From Gammaproteobacteria bacterium (GTDB taxonomy: Bacteria; Pseudomonadota; Gammaproteobacteria; UBA4575): 64,000 nucleotides of DNA. The notes beneath the pieces are model-generated. The model had not been told where the DNA came from. It did not search any database and worked only from the letters and a program-made list of their open reading frames with translations. The stretch lies in NCBI GenBank assembly GCA_965222615.1, contig CBDCUI010000008.1, positions 1,034,705-1,098,704 of the forward strand, in the 5' to 3' direction. Each line of letters begins with the position of its first letter. Position 1 is the first letter of the stretch. Made by a program: the position numbers and the translations under genes. Positions 30,409 to 41,029 of this stretch are shown piece after piece.

Positions 30409-31869
30409 ATGAAGCGATTCAAATCTAAAACGGCACTTATATTGGGTTTACTACTTAGTTTATTACTTGAACAAGTAGTTGCGAATACGCATGCAGATGA
30501 AGTGAAAAGTACTTTATATGACCAAAAAGAGGTTGCAGTCACCATTTATAACGACCAGTTGGCGTTAGTGAAGGACTTACGGATAATACAATTGGAAAAT
30601 GGCTTTAATAAGCTCGCGTTTCGTGAAGTTAGTGCGCAGATGCGCCCGGAAACTGCTTTGCTTCGCAGCTTAGATTATCCCGATGGATTTCAACTCATCG
30701 AGCAAAACTTTGACTTTGATCTTTTAACTCCACAAAAGTTATTAGAAAAGTATGTGGGTAAAAAAGTTAGAGTTGTAAAAACTCATCCAACAACTGGTAA
30801 AGAAAAACTACTTGATGCTACGGTTTTGAGTGTAAATAGCGGTGTAGTATTACGTATTGGTGATCGAATTGAGACAGGTGTACCTGGACGGATAGTCTTT
30901 GATGAAATACCAGGCAATTTACGTGATCGTCCAACACTTGTGTTGCAACTAAATAGTGCAACATCTGAAAAACAGCAGTTGCAATTAAGTTATCTTACCG
31001 GTGGCTTGTCGTGGAAAGCGGATTATGTAGCGGAATTAGATGAGTCAGATAAGTTTGTAGATCTTACCGGCTGGGTAACGCTTACCAATCAAAGTGGTGC
31101 AACTTATAAGAATGCAAAGTTACAGCTGGTTGCTGGAGATGTGAATCGTGTTCAAAATGAATTCAAAGCAGCAAACCGAGCGTTGAGTACGGTAGCCGAG
31201 GATGCAGTAATGCAAGAATCTGAAATGGTAGAAGAAGCTTTATTTGAATATCATCTCTATACTTTGCAGCGTCCAACTACGATTGCAGATAATCAAACTA
31301 AACAAGTATCACTTTTAAGTGCTACAAAAATTCCAGTAAAAAAAGAATTTTTACTCAAGGGTCAAGACTATTACTACCATAGCTCCTATGGCCAATTAGG
31401 GCAAAAGCTTAAAGTAGGGGTGTTCGTAGAGTTTGAAAACAAAGAAACATCCAACTTAGGTATACCGTTACCTAAAGGTATTGTACGTGTCTATAAGAAC
31501 GATAAATCCGGTAATGCACAATTTGTAGGTGAGGATCATATTGATCACACCCCAAAAAATGAAGATGTCAGACTAAAACTAGGCGATGCGTTTGATATCA
31601 CTGCCGATAAAAAACAAGCTAGCTTTAAGAAAGCACATGCCATTGGAAAATATAATTATGCCTATACAGCTAGTTTTCAAATTGATCTTAAAAATGCCAA
31701 GAGCGAAACAGTAGAAGTGGTTGTACAAGAGCCGATCCCGGGTGATTGGAAAATGAAAAAACAAAGTCACGAACATGAAAAGGTTGCTTCAGGTACTGCG
31801 GAATGGAGGGTAAAAATCCCAGCAGAAGGCAAAGCCACACTGACGTATGAGGTACTTATCCGCTATTGA
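30409..31869 (+). CDS. DUF4139-domain secreted protein, paralog 1
   Basis: VTIYN..LALV, EQNFDFDLL, YLTGGLSWKADY, LVAGDV, PLPKG. Confidence 0.85.
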   Translation: MKRFKSKTALILGLLLSLLLEQVVANTHADEVKSTLYDQKEVAVTIYNDQLALVKDLRIIQLENGFNKLAFREVSAQMRPETALLRSLDYPDGFQLIEQNFDFDLLTPQKLLEKYVGKKVRVVKTHPTTGKEKLLDATVLSVNSGVVLRIGDRIETGVPGRIVFDEIPGNLRDRPTLVLQLNSATSEKQQLQLSYLTGGLSWKADYVAELDESDKFVDLTGWVTLTNQSGATYKNAKLQLVAGDVNRVQNEFKAANRALSTVAEDAVMQESEMVEEALFEYHLYTLQRPTTIADNQTKQVSLLSATKIPVKKEFLLKGQDYYYHSSYGQLGQKLKVGVFVEFENKETSNLGIPLPKGIVRVYKNDKSGNAQFVGEDHIDHTPKNEDVRLKLGDAFDITADKKQASFKKAHAIGKYNYAYTASFQIDLKNAKSETVEVVVQEPIPGDWKMKKQSHEHEKVASGTAEWRVKIPAEGKATLTYEVLIRY

Positions 31870-32013
31870 TATTTCTCAAAATGCATCTAGCACGCTAATA
31901 CGTCGTTGCAGAGCTTTCTTCGGTGCTCATTTACTAATATTGTAAACTCTGCTCCTCATAAAGCTCTGCGCCTTGTCTAAGCGCACTATCTACTATTTTG
32001 AGTTCGCTTCATA
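31864..32013. mobile_element. palindromic MITE-like element, family B copy 1
   Basis: CTCAAAAT..ATTTTGAG inverted ends; stem GCAGAGCTTT/AAAGCTCTGC; core CTCATTTAC..GTAAACTCTGC; homologous to the reverse complement of 34498-34643. Ends are approximate. Confidence 0.78.
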
Positions 32014-32045
32014 TTTAGTTTATATAGAATTTATGAGGACAAATT

Positions 32046-33488
32046 ATGAATTTTTTAAATAAAGTAAAGACTACATCTGTACTGCTTTTATTTTTTATAC
32101 AAGTAGTATCCGCAGATGATGAAATACGCAGCACCTTAGCAGATCAACAAGAAGTGGCGGTTACCATTTACAATGAACAACTCGCGTTAGTGAAGGATCT
32201 ACGGCATATTACTTTGAACAAGGGTTTTAATCGGCTCGCATATCGTGAAGTTAGTGCACAAATGCGGCCTGAAACGGCATTACTGAGAAGCATCGATCAT
32301 TCACAGGGGTTTTATTTAATTGAACAAAATTTTGATTTTGATTTATTGACGCCGCAGAAACTTTTGGAAAAGTATGTAGGTAAGAAAGTCAAAGTGGTCA
32401 AGGTGCATCCAACTACAGGAGATGAAACAGTAGAAGAGGCTGAGGTATTGAGTGTAAACAATGGTGTAGTTCTACGCATAGGCCATCGTATCGAAACTGG
32501 CTATCCTGGACGAATTATTTATGATGAAGTGCCAGCAAATTTACGCGACAGACCCACGCTTGTCATATCTTTAAATAGTGGAACGAATAAAAAGCAAGAA
32601 CTGCAACTTAGTTATCTAACTGGTGGATTGGGTTGGAAAGCTGATTATGTGGCAGAACTTGACGAAAACGATGCATTTGTAGATTTAACTGGTTGGGTAA
32701 CCTTAACCAACCAAAGTGGTGCTACGTATAAAAATGCAAAATTACAACTCGTGGCAGGTGATGTAAATCAAGTAAGAAGAGATATGCAACCGCGTAGAAG
32801 AGAGATGCTCATGTCTAAATCTAGTGTGGGAGCAGCGCCTGCCATGGTAGAAGAGGGTCTGTTTGAGTACCATTTATATACCTTGCAACGTCCAACTACT
32901 ATTTCTGATAAGCAAACTAAGCAAGTTTCGCTATTGAGTGCAACTAAAATACCTGTAAACAAAGAGTTTTTACTCAAAGGTCAGGATTATTACTACCGCA
33001 GCTCATATGGTGAACTTGGGCAAAAGCTAAAAGTAGGGGTGTTCGTAGAATTTGAAAATAAAGAAGCATCTAATCTCGGCATGCCATTGCCTAAGGGTGT
33101 AGTTCGCGTTTATAAGAATGATGAATCGGGTAATGCGCAGTTTGTAGGTGAAGATCGTATTGATCATACGCCAAAAAATGAAAAAATTAGATTAAAATTA
33201 GGCGATGCATTTGATATCACTGCAGATAAAAAGCAAACGAACTTTAAAAAAGCCACTGCAATTGGGAAATATAATCAAGCCTATACAGCTAGTTTTGAAG
33301 TAGTATTGAAGAACGCCAAGGATGAAGAAGTTGAAGTGGTTGTGCATGAGCCGATCCCAGGCGATTGGAAAATGCAAGATGAAAGTCATGCACATAAAAA
33401 AGTTGCAGCAGGAACTGCAGAATGGATAATTAAAGTTCCTGCAGAAGGCAAGACTAAACTCACCTACGAAGTATTAATACGTTACTAA
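32046..33488 (+). CDS. DUF4139-domain secreted protein, paralog 2
   Basis: Same motifs as paralog 1, with long identical peptide blocks. Confidence 0.85.
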   Translation: MNFLNKVKTTSVLLLFFIQVVSADDEIRSTLADQQEVAVTIYNEQLALVKDLRHITLNKGFNRLAYREVSAQMRPETALLRSIDHSQGFYLIEQNFDFDLLTPQKLLEKYVGKKVKVVKVHPTTGDETVEEAEVLSVNNGVVLRIGHRIETGYPGRIIYDEVPANLRDRPTLVISLNSGTNKKQELQLSYLTGGLGWKADYVAELDENDAFVDLTGWVTLTNQSGATYKNAKLQLVAGDVNQVRRDMQPRRREMLMSKSSVGAAPAMVEEGLFEYHLYTLQRPTTISDKQTKQVSLLSATKIPVNKEFLLKGQDYYYRSSYGELGQKLKVGVFVEFENKEASNLGMPLPKGVVRVYKNDESGNAQFVGEDRIDHTPKNEKIRLKLGDAFDITADKKQTNFKKATAIGKYNQAYTASFEVVLKNAKDEEVEVVVHEPIPGDWKMQDESHAHKKVAAGTAEWIIKVPAEGKTKLTYEVLIRY

Positions 33489-33516
33489 GCGGTTATTAAC
33501 TGGCTAATAAAATAGC

Positions 33517-34419
33517 ATGCACAATGCGAAATTACTCGATTGGCTAGGCTTGTTCGCTCTAGTCGTAATGTTTGGTAGCGCATTTATGTTTACTAAGCTT
33601 GCGATCCAGGAATTCCCTCCCATGTTAGTGGCTGCTGGAAGAATTATTATTGCTGCACTAGTGTTACTAATATTTGCATTATTACGGCAAGAATCTTTTA
33701 AATTTTTATCCCGAACCTGGCCTTTGTTAATCGCATTGGCATTTTTCGGAGATTGTTTGCCTTTTTATTTAATAAGTTGGGGCCAACAAACGGTTGATAG
33801 CAGTATTGCCGGGATTTTGATGGCAGTTATGCCATTGACGACTATATTGTTAGCACATTTTCTAGTTGAAGGTGAGCCGCTTACTACGAATAGAGTTGTG
33901 GGCTTCATATTAGGATTTTTGGGAATATTAGTACTATTAGGCCCTGCTGCCTTGGCAAAATTTGAAGGCGGAGCCAATGTGTTGTTTGCTATGTTGGCAA
34001 TTTTGGCGGGTGCCGTGAGCTATGCAGTAAATACCGTGCTGGCAAAACGACTGCCTAAAGAAAGTTTTCTGGCGATTTCGACAGCTGTATTGCTGGTTGC
34101 GGCTCTAATGATGCTTCCAATGCTGTTTGCGTTTGATTATGAATGGAAGTTTAAATTAGCAAGTATTGAGTTTGTCTCGTTACTACTATTGGGATTATTT
34201 CCAACTGCTCTGGCTACTATTATTTATTTTGCAGTCATCGCTCGTGTTGGGCCATCATTTTTATCACAAATCAATTATTTAATCCCAGTATGGGCAGTTC
34301 TAATGGGAATAATTTTCTTGAGTGAGTCTGTTGGGCTGAATGCTCTTATTGCATTAGCGATAATACTATTAGGTATTGCAATTGCACAACGACAGAATTT
34401 ATCGTTTGCTAGATTTTAA
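33517..34419 (+). CDS. DMT/EamA-family transporter
   Basis: About 10 TMs in two EamA repeats; GQQTVDSSIAG, YLIPV. Confidence 0.88.
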   Translation: MHNAKLLDWLGLFALVVMFGSAFMFTKLAIQEFPPMLVAAGRIIIAALVLLIFALLRQESFKFLSRTWPLLIALAFFGDCLPFYLISWGQQTVDSSIAGILMAVMPLTTILLAHFLVEGEPLTTNRVVGFILGFLGILVLLGPAALAKFEGGANVLFAMLAILAGAVSYAVNTVLAKRLPKESFLAISTAVLLVAALMMLPMLFAFDYEWKFKLASIEFVSLLLLGLFPTALATIIYFAVIARVGPSFLSQINYLIPVWAVLMGIIFLSESVGLNALIALAIILLGIAIAQRQNLSFARF

Positions 34420-34497
34420 TTTTTGTGTAAAAAAAATTTCTATTTTATCTATTTTATAAAGAGTCTTAAATTATGTGCTGTATTACCTAAATCCTTC

Positions 34498-34643
34498 TAG
34501 AGCCTATCTCAAAATAGTAGATAGTCTGCTTAGACAAGGCGTAGAACGTTCGAAAAGCGCAGTTTACACGCTAGTAAATGAGCATTTGAGAACGTTCTAC
34601 AACGCGGTATCAGCGGACTAGATGCATTTTGAGCTAGATTTTA
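34498..34643. mobile_element. palindromic MITE-like element, family B copy 2 (opposite orientation)
   Basis: TAGAGCCTATCTCAAAAT..ATTTTGAGCTAGATTTTA; stem GTAGAACGTT/AACGTTCTAC. Its terminal TA overlaps the stop of the 34641-35168 gene. Confidence 0.8.
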
Positions 34644-35168
34644 GTTGCTTTTTTTGGAAATAAATCTTTCCAGCGCTTCAATTTCTACGGGTCCTGGATT
34701 GTGACCCACTAATTGCCCTTGAGGGTTAAACATCATGTAAGTTGGTGTTCCTTGTAGAGGTTCTTCTGTCGATGCTTCGTAATTAAATGCTATAACGGAG
34801 ACTTCACCGATTAAATTTTCAAAAGTCATTGGCATTTCGCTAATGTGTCGGGTAATTTGTTCTAATTGAGAATAGCCATCTAATGAAACACCAATTACTT
34901 TTGCATCAGTGTTTTTGTGTTTGTCATGAAATTCAGACATTACTGGAAACTCTCTCGTACATATTCCACAGTTAGTGGTCCAGAGCATTACTAAAGTCCA
35001 TTTTCCCTCTTCAAAGTGTTGAGACAAAGCTGTTATTTTTCCATCTAAGGTTCTCACTTCTACCCAGTTTGAGGCATGAGGCGTATTAGTAGCTACTAAA
35101 ATTAAAAAAACAATGCCATAAAAAACAAATTTTATTTTTTGTCTGAAAGGTATAATCTTTTCATCCAT
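34641..35168 (-). CDS. TlpA-family thioredoxin-like protein
   Basis: WTTNCGIC active site, GVSLD, cis-Pro GTPT; N-terminal signal. Confidence 0.82.
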   Translation of the reverse strand: MDEKIIPFRQKIKFVFYGIVFLILVATNTPHASNWVEVRTLDGKITALSQHFEEGKWTLVMLWTTNCGICTREFPVMSEFHDKHKNTDAKVIGVSLDGYSQLEQITRHISEMPMTFENLIGEVSVIAFNYEASTEEPLQGTPTYMMFNPQGQLVGHNPGPVEIEALERFISKKSN

Positions 35169-35269
35169 ATTTATATCTCGCAGAATAACAGTGCTTAAAG
35201 TTTGAACAAGGCGATGATACCTAGTTCAAATGCATTTGCATAATTAATACCACTCATCGAGGTGATTTT

Positions 35270-36133
35270 ATGGTAACTAATAGAATTCAAAAGATACTTG
35301 ATCGAGTAAACGCTTTAGCCTTTCCGGGCATCTATGACACCTTATCGGCTAAAATTGCGGAACAAGTGGGCTTTCCAATGGGGTTCATTTCTGGGTATTC
35401 GTTAGCTGCTGCCACCATAGGTGAGCCCGATTTTGGCCTACTTACACAAACAGAGGTGGTGGATAGGGCGCGTGCAATTTGTTCCAGTGTATCGATACCG
35501 ATTATTGTGGATGCGGACACCGGTTATGGAAATCCTTTAAATGTGTATCGTACCGTAAAACAATTAATTGACGCTGGAGCTGCTGGTTGTTTTTTAGAAG
35601 ATCAAGTATGGCCAAAAAAATGTGGACACATGCGTAACAAGAAAGTAATCGAGCGTGAAGACTATCTACAAAAAATTAAAGCTGCAGTGGATGCAAGAGG
35701 TAGGAATGATTTTTTTATCGTAGCACGTACCGATGCTGAAGCTGTTATTGGTTTAGATGAAGCTATCGAACGTGTAAAAGCCGCACGTGATTTAGGTGCT
35801 GATGCAAGTTTTGTCGAAGCGCCTGGTTCAATCGAGCAGTTAAAAAAAATTGGTCAACAAGCACCAAAACCCATTGTGGCAAACATGATTGAAGGGGGAC
35901 GTACCCCGGTACTACCTAAACAGGAGTTAGTCGATCTAGGATTCCAATTAATTCTTTATCCCCTGACAGGTTTGTTTGCAGCCGGTAAGACAATGCGTGA
36001 TTTTTATACAAAGTTACACCAAGATGGCACTACACTTGGAATGGAAGAGAATCTGCTTAATTTTACAGATTTCAATGAGCTTATTGGTGTCGAAGATAAA
36101 TATGAGCAGTCCGAAAAATATGGCGTGCAATAG
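35270..36133 (+). CDS. isocitrate lyase/PEP mutase family enzyme (PrpB-like)
   Basis: DADTGYG, LEDQ..KKCGH, ARTDA, FVEAP, NMIEGG. Confidence 0.88.
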   Translation: MVTNRIQKILDRVNALAFPGIYDTLSAKIAEQVGFPMGFISGYSLAAATIGEPDFGLLTQTEVVDRARAICSSVSIPIIVDADTGYGNPLNVYRTVKQLIDAGAAGCFLEDQVWPKKCGHMRNKKVIEREDYLQKIKAAVDARGRNDFFIVARTDAEAVIGLDEAIERVKAARDLGADASFVEAPGSIEQLKKIGQQAPKPIVANMIEGGRTPVLPKQELVDLGFQLILYPLTGLFAAGKTMRDFYTKLHQDGTTLGMEENLLNFTDFNELIGVEDKYEQSEKYGVQ

Positions 36134-36148
36134 GACGTAAAGGCTGAT

Positions 36149-37684
36149 TCATGTTTCAAGTAGAGCAATCAAATATGAGCTAAGCACATAAGCAAGAACA
36201 GTGATGATTGAGAGGCAAATCAAGTTGAGTCTCAAGCCAGTTTTGCGCATTTGTTGCATAGAAATATAGCCGGAACCAAAAACTATTGCATTAGGTGGGG
36301 TTGCAATAGGTAGCATAAAGGCACAACTTGCCGCAATAGCGGCAGGGATGATTAAAATATAAGGATGCATGTTGAATGATGGTGCAATGGCGGCTAATAC
36401 TGGTACCAAAGTCGCTGTTGTTGCAGTGTTGGAAGTCAATTCTGTTAAAAACACGACTGCACTGATTATAATTAATAAGATTAAAAAGGCTGGCATTACA
36501 GCAAGAAAGGTTGTCTGTGCACCGATAAATTCGGTTACCCCGTTATCTTTAACAGCAGCAGCTAGACTTAAGCCGCCGCCAAGCAATATTAAGATCCCCC
36601 AGGGCAAATTTATTAAATCCTCCCATTCGAGCACAAATTTTTTAGAGCTATTTTTGGCAGGGATAATAAATAACAGAATTGCACCAAATATAGCAATGCT
36701 TGAATCTGTTAAATCAGATAAAGGATTTATGGTTTTTCCATTGAAAGAAATTTCGATACTTTGTAAGTAAGTGCGGCTTAACCAAAGAAATACTGTCAAG
36801 CCAAAAATATATAATACTGTTTTTTCTTCATAACTCATGTTGCCAAGTGCAAAGCTTTCTTTTTTCAAGTCTGCAGACGAATGATTAAGTTGAATTTTGT
36901 CCACTTTGTAAATAACTTTCGTCAATAGCCACCAACAAAGTGGTAACAATATAATTACCACTGGCACTCCAATTTTTGACCATTCCAAAAAACTAATGTC
37001 TTGTTGATAAGGGGTTTCAATTGCATCTTTTACAAATGAAACTACAAAGAGGTTCGGTGCGGTGCCAATTACCGTAGAAATTCCGCCAATATTTGCCGCA
37101 TAGGCAATACTAAGCATAATGCAAGTGGCAAATGCATGCGTCTTGTATTTATTTGTCATGTTTATTTCATTTTTATCTCGTAGTAGTAACGCAATCACGC
37201 TGAGTCCTATGGGAAGCATCATTGTGGTCGTTGCTGTGTTTGAGATAAAAGCGCTTAAAAAAGCTGTAGCTAACATAAAACCACCCACAATTTGAGAAGG
37301 GGTGTTACCAATATTTCTCAAGATTGTTAATGCGATGCGCTTATCTAATCCCCAACGTTGAATTGCAGTGGCAATAATGAAGCCACCCAAAAATAAAAAT
37401 ATAATATGTGAAGCATAGGGCGCTGTAGCGGCTTTAATGGTAGTTACTCCAAATAAAGGAAAACATGCAATCGGTAATAATGCAGTTACGCGAATATCGG
37501 TGGCTTCTGTCAGCCACCAGATTGCCATCCACACCAACATGGCTAAGGTGGCTCGTGCGGCTTGATCAAATAAGTTAGTTTCCCCTTGAGTATTCAAATA
37601 CTGATCCGGCAATAAAAAATAGATAATAAGTGCCACCAAAGGACCTGCAATAAGCCAAATTACCTTGTTGCCACGGATTCGCAT
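36149..37684 (-). CDS. DASS/SLC13 sodium-dependent dicarboxylate/anion symporter
   Basis: Two SNTAT motifs, GTAPN, FMLPIATPPNAIVF. Confidence 0.92.
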   Translation of the reverse strand: MRIRGNKVIWLIAGPLVALIIYFLLPDQYLNTQGETNLFDQAARATLAMLVWMAIWWLTEATDIRVTALLPIACFPLFGVTTIKAATAPYASHIIFLFLGGFIIATAIQRWGLDKRIALTILRNIGNTPSQIVGGFMLATAFLSAFISNTATTTMMLPIGLSVIALLLRDKNEINMTNKYKTHAFATCIMLSIAYAANIGGISTVIGTAPNLFVVSFVKDAIETPYQQDISFLEWSKIGVPVVIILLPLCWWLLTKVIYKVDKIQLNHSSADLKKESFALGNMSYEEKTVLYIFGLTVFLWLSRTYLQSIEISFNGKTINPLSDLTDSSIAIFGAILLFIIPAKNSSKKFVLEWEDLINLPWGILILLGGGLSLAAAVKDNGVTEFIGAQTTFLAVMPAFLILLIIISAVVFLTELTSNTATTATLVPVLAAIAPSFNMHPYILIIPAAIAASCAFMLPIATPPNAIVFGSGYISMQQMRKTGLRLNLICLSIITVLAYVLSSYLIALLET

Positions 37685-37779
37685 ATCTCTAATGCTCTAA
37701 TAGCTTGATATTACTTAATAAATTAAGTTTAGTTAAAATAGTGGTCTCACAACCAGCTCATGAAGATACAGTAATTGCG

Positions 37780-38802
37780 ATGAAAAACAACGCACCAAGC
37801 CAAGATGTTCTTTCACGTCCATTATGTGATCTTAGAATTTCTGTTACGGATCGATGTAACTTTCGTTGTACTTATTGTATGCCCAAAGAAGTGTTTAATT
37901 CTGATTACGAGTTTTTGCGTAGGGACGACTTGCTCACTTTTGAAGAGATTACACGAATTTCTAAACTCTTCAGTACTTTGGGAGTTAAAAAAATACGCTT
38001 AACAGGCGGTGAGCCGCTATTGCGAAAAAAACTTCCTGTGTTAATTGAGCAGCTTGCACAAATAGAAGGGATTGAAGACATTAGTCTTACAACTAATGGT
38101 GTGTTATTGACAGAAAAACTTGCAGAACAGCTTAAAAGTGTTGGGTTAAATCGAATTACTATCAGCTTAGATGCATTAGATGATGCGGCTTTTAAAAGCA
38201 TTAGTGATGTTTCATTTGATGTTGGACAAGTATTACGAGCTATCGACTATGCTGACCTAGCTAGCCTTTCACCAATAAAGATTAATATGGTTGTTAAAAA
38301 GGGTGTCAACGAACATGCTATTTTGCCAATGGCTAAATATTTTCGTAGTAGCGATAAAATTGTACGCTTTATTGAATTTATGGATGTAGGCAGTACAAAT
38401 CAATGGCAAATGGAGGATGTCTTTTCAGCAAAAGAGATTATTGAGCTCATTGATGAGCATTATGCAATTGAACCTATCGATGCTAATTACAAAAGTGAAG
38501 TTGCTAAACGTTGGCGCTATAAAGATGGTGAAGGTGAAATAGGAATTATATCGTCAGTTACACAACCCTTTTGCCAGGATTGCTCGCGAGCAAGATTGTC
38601 AGCAGAAGGAAAACTATATACTTGCTTATTTGCAACTCAGGGTAGTGATTTACGACACTTGATAAGAGAAGGCGCTGATGATGAATACATCGCTGAAGTA
38701 ATCAGTTCAATTTGGAAAAAGCGCAACGATCGTTATTCAGAGCTTAGAACTTCGCAAACAGCATTATCACCAAAAGTTGAGATGTCTTATATAGGTGGCT
38801 GA
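37780..38802 (+). CDS. moaA: GTP 3',8-cyclase
   Basis: LRISVTDRCNFRCTYC, RLTGGEP, FCQDCSRAR..C, C-terminal MSYIGG. Confidence 0.96.
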   Translation: MKNNAPSQDVLSRPLCDLRISVTDRCNFRCTYCMPKEVFNSDYEFLRRDDLLTFEEITRISKLFSTLGVKKIRLTGGEPLLRKKLPVLIEQLAQIEGIEDISLTTNGVLLTEKLAEQLKSVGLNRITISLDALDDAAFKSISDVSFDVGQVLRAIDYADLASLSPIKINMVVKKGVNEHAILPMAKYFRSSDKIVRFIEFMDVGSTNQWQMEDVFSAKEIIELIDEHYAIEPIDANYKSEVAKRWRYKDGEGEIGIISSVTQPFCQDCSRARLSAEGKLYTCLFATQGSDLRHLIREGADDEYIAEVISSIWKKRNDRYSELRTSQTALSPKVEMSYIGG

Positions 38803-39165
38803 GAGCAACTGTAAGTAAAAAACTTGATCAATATTGTAGTTGGTAAGTTCAGCAAACCGCATTGCTTGATAATTTCATCGATATGCATTAACAGTATTAT
38901 TATGCCGTTTATGCGCAAAAATCTACCGTTCATCCTCAAGTTTTACTAAAGTAAGCCAAATCTTTATCAAATTATACTCATGTAAGCTGCACACTGCTTG
39001 TCATAAGAAGTAGTTTTTCTTAAGAAATAAGTAGTCTAATAAATAAAGTAATTTTAGCTTTATTGTCTTAGTGAAAAATTTATGTAGTCAGTAGTTATGG
39101 CTTTGTAAAGGCACTTAACAAAACAAAAATAAAGGCTTTATGTTATCCAGAGAGTTAAAAAGAAG

Positions 39166-39906
39166 ATGGAGAAGGTTAAACCAAAGTTTTTATGGATGGT
39201 TCTAGGTATTTTTATCGCCTATTCTCTTGGTGTCGTAACTGCTCGATATAAGCTATTTCCATATAAATCGTTGCGAGAGTTTAAAAGGTTCGTGCAAAAT
39301 GATGGTAGTGTAAATGCGCATGAACGTAATAATAAATATTCTTACACAAGTACTTACTATCTCAATAAAACCTCATTTTTCGTGGAACATAATAAGCATG
39401 TAGATATAGTGATGCTCGGTGATAGTCTTACTGATAATGCGGAATGGGGCATTTTACTTCCACAAGTAAATATAGCTGATCATGGTATTTCTGGGGATAC
39501 GACACTTGGTGTGCTTAATCGATTGGATTTAGCAATAAATACTAATGCTTCTAAGGTGTTTGTTATGATTGGTGTTAATGATTTATATAAAGGCATAGGT
39601 ATTGAAGAAGTAGTTACTAACTATCGGAAAATAGTTAATGAGCTAGTGGAAAATAAAGTTGATGTTTATATACAGTCTACTCTTTTCCTTGCTGAAGGTA
39701 ATGCTAGGCTGAATAAAAAAATAGTTCAGCTTAATGAAGAGTTAGAGCAATTTGCGCGTGCTAACGAGTCAGTTGCTTTTGTTGATTTGAATTCAAAATT
39801 ATCTAATGGCAAGTTTTTAATTGCTGAATATACTAATGATATTAAGATGTTAAATGGAAAAGGATACAAAATTTGGAGAGATATGATAAAACCATATGTA
39901 CATTGA
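39166..39906 (+). CDS. SGNH/GDSL hydrolase-like protein lacking the catalytic His
   Basis: GDSLT, GISGDTT and IGVND present; block V reads DIKML instead of DxxHL. Confidence 0.75.
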   Translation: MEKVKPKFLWMVLGIFIAYSLGVVTARYKLFPYKSLREFKRFVQNDGSVNAHERNNKYSYTSTYYLNKTSFFVEHNKHVDIVMLGDSLTDNAEWGILLPQVNIADHGISGDTTLGVLNRLDLAINTNASKVFVMIGVNDLYKGIGIEEVVTNYRKIVNELVENKVDVYIQSTLFLAEGNARLNKKIVQLNEELEQFARANESVAFVDLNSKLSNGKFLIAEYTNDIKMLNGKGYKIWRDMIKPYVH

Positions 39907-39978
39907 TTTGTTAGGAGAATATCTAAAGCTTTTTTACTATGCTGATTAGATTAGAGTCATTATTTGTATAGATTATGA

Positions 39979-40500
39979 TTACTCCTTGAGTCTTGGTATC
40001 AATTCAACTAAGTTGCAAGGTTTGTTACGGTTATCGAGTTGATGTGAGATAAGCTTGTCCCAAGCTTCAGCACATGCGCCTGATGAACCAGGTAAGCAAA
40101 AAATATACGTTGCATTGGCGACACCTGCGAATGCGCGAGATTGTAGTGTAGAGGTTTTAATTGTTTCATACGATAGCACACGAAACATTTCACCGAAGCC
40201 CGTAATTTCTTTATCCAATAAAGGTCGAATTGCCTCGGGAGTACCGTCTCGCCCTGTCACTCCTGTGCCACCAGTAGTAAGAATGACATCGGGTTTAATT
40301 TCGGCGACCCATGTGGCCACGATTGCTCGGATTTTATAGATATTGTCTGGGACAATTGCTTTCTCAAACTGATTATGACCTGCAGAATTTAAACGATCAC
40401 AGAGGAGTTTACCTGATTTGTCATCAGCTTCTGTACGGGTATCAGAGATGGTTAATACCGCAATATCTAAAGGTATAAAAGTACGCTCGTTCTTACTCAT
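39979..40500 (-). CDS. moaB: molybdenum cofactor biosynthesis protein B
   Basis: TISDTR, DKSG, TTGGTG..RDGTPEA, GFGEMFR, LPGS, PCNLV. Confidence 0.94.
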   Translation of the reverse strand: MSKNERTFIPLDIAVLTISDTRTEADDKSGKLLCDRLNSAGHNQFEKAIVPDNIYKIRAIVATWVAEIKPDVILTTGGTGVTGRDGTPEAIRPLLDKEITGFGEMFRVLSYETIKTSTLQSRAFAGVANATYIFCLPGSSGACAEAWDKLISHQLDNRNKPCNLVELIPRLKE

Positions 40501-40566
40501 ATATAATAGTAGCTAGATTGGTCGATATACTTAATTTAACGTAGTTGGCATTAAATGTCATAGAAA

Positions 40567-41016
40567 ATGAAAGTTGAAATTCGAAATGCTCAATTTGATC
40601 CTTGTCAGGAAGTCTTGATTTATCAAGAAAATAATCTTTCCCCAGGTAAATTTGGAGCCGCAACAATCTTTATTGGAACTATGCGTGATTTCAATGAGGG
40701 TGATGCTGTAACAGCTATGAATCTAGAATATTATCCAGAAATGACACAGCAACATCTAGAACAAATCGCAAAAGAGGCGATGGAGAAATTTGATATTTTA
40801 GACTTATTTGTTTTGCATAGAGTGGGACAAATATTTCCTGGAAATCCTATTGTATGTGTTGCTGTATGGTCAGAACATCGTGCTGCGGCCTATGAAGCCA
40901 ATCGATTTATTATGGAAGATTTAAAAGTCAAAGCACCTTTTTGGAAACAAGAAACATTAGAGAAAAATACTAGTGGGAGGACTATGCGCTGGGTAGAAAA
41001 AAATACTCAGAACTAA
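40567..41016 (+). CDS. moaE: molybdopterin synthase catalytic subunit
   Basis: FIGTMRD, EYYPEM, HRVG, HRAAA, LKVKAPFWKQE. Confidence 0.93.
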   Translation: MKVEIRNAQFDPCQEVLIYQENNLSPGKFGAATIFIGTMRDFNEGDAVTAMNLEYYPEMTQQHLEQIAKEAMEKFDILDLFVLHRVGQIFPGNPIVCVAVWSEHRAAAYEANRFIMEDLKVKAPFWKQETLEKNTSGRTMRWVEKNTQN

Positions 41017-41029
41017 GTGAGTATAAAGC

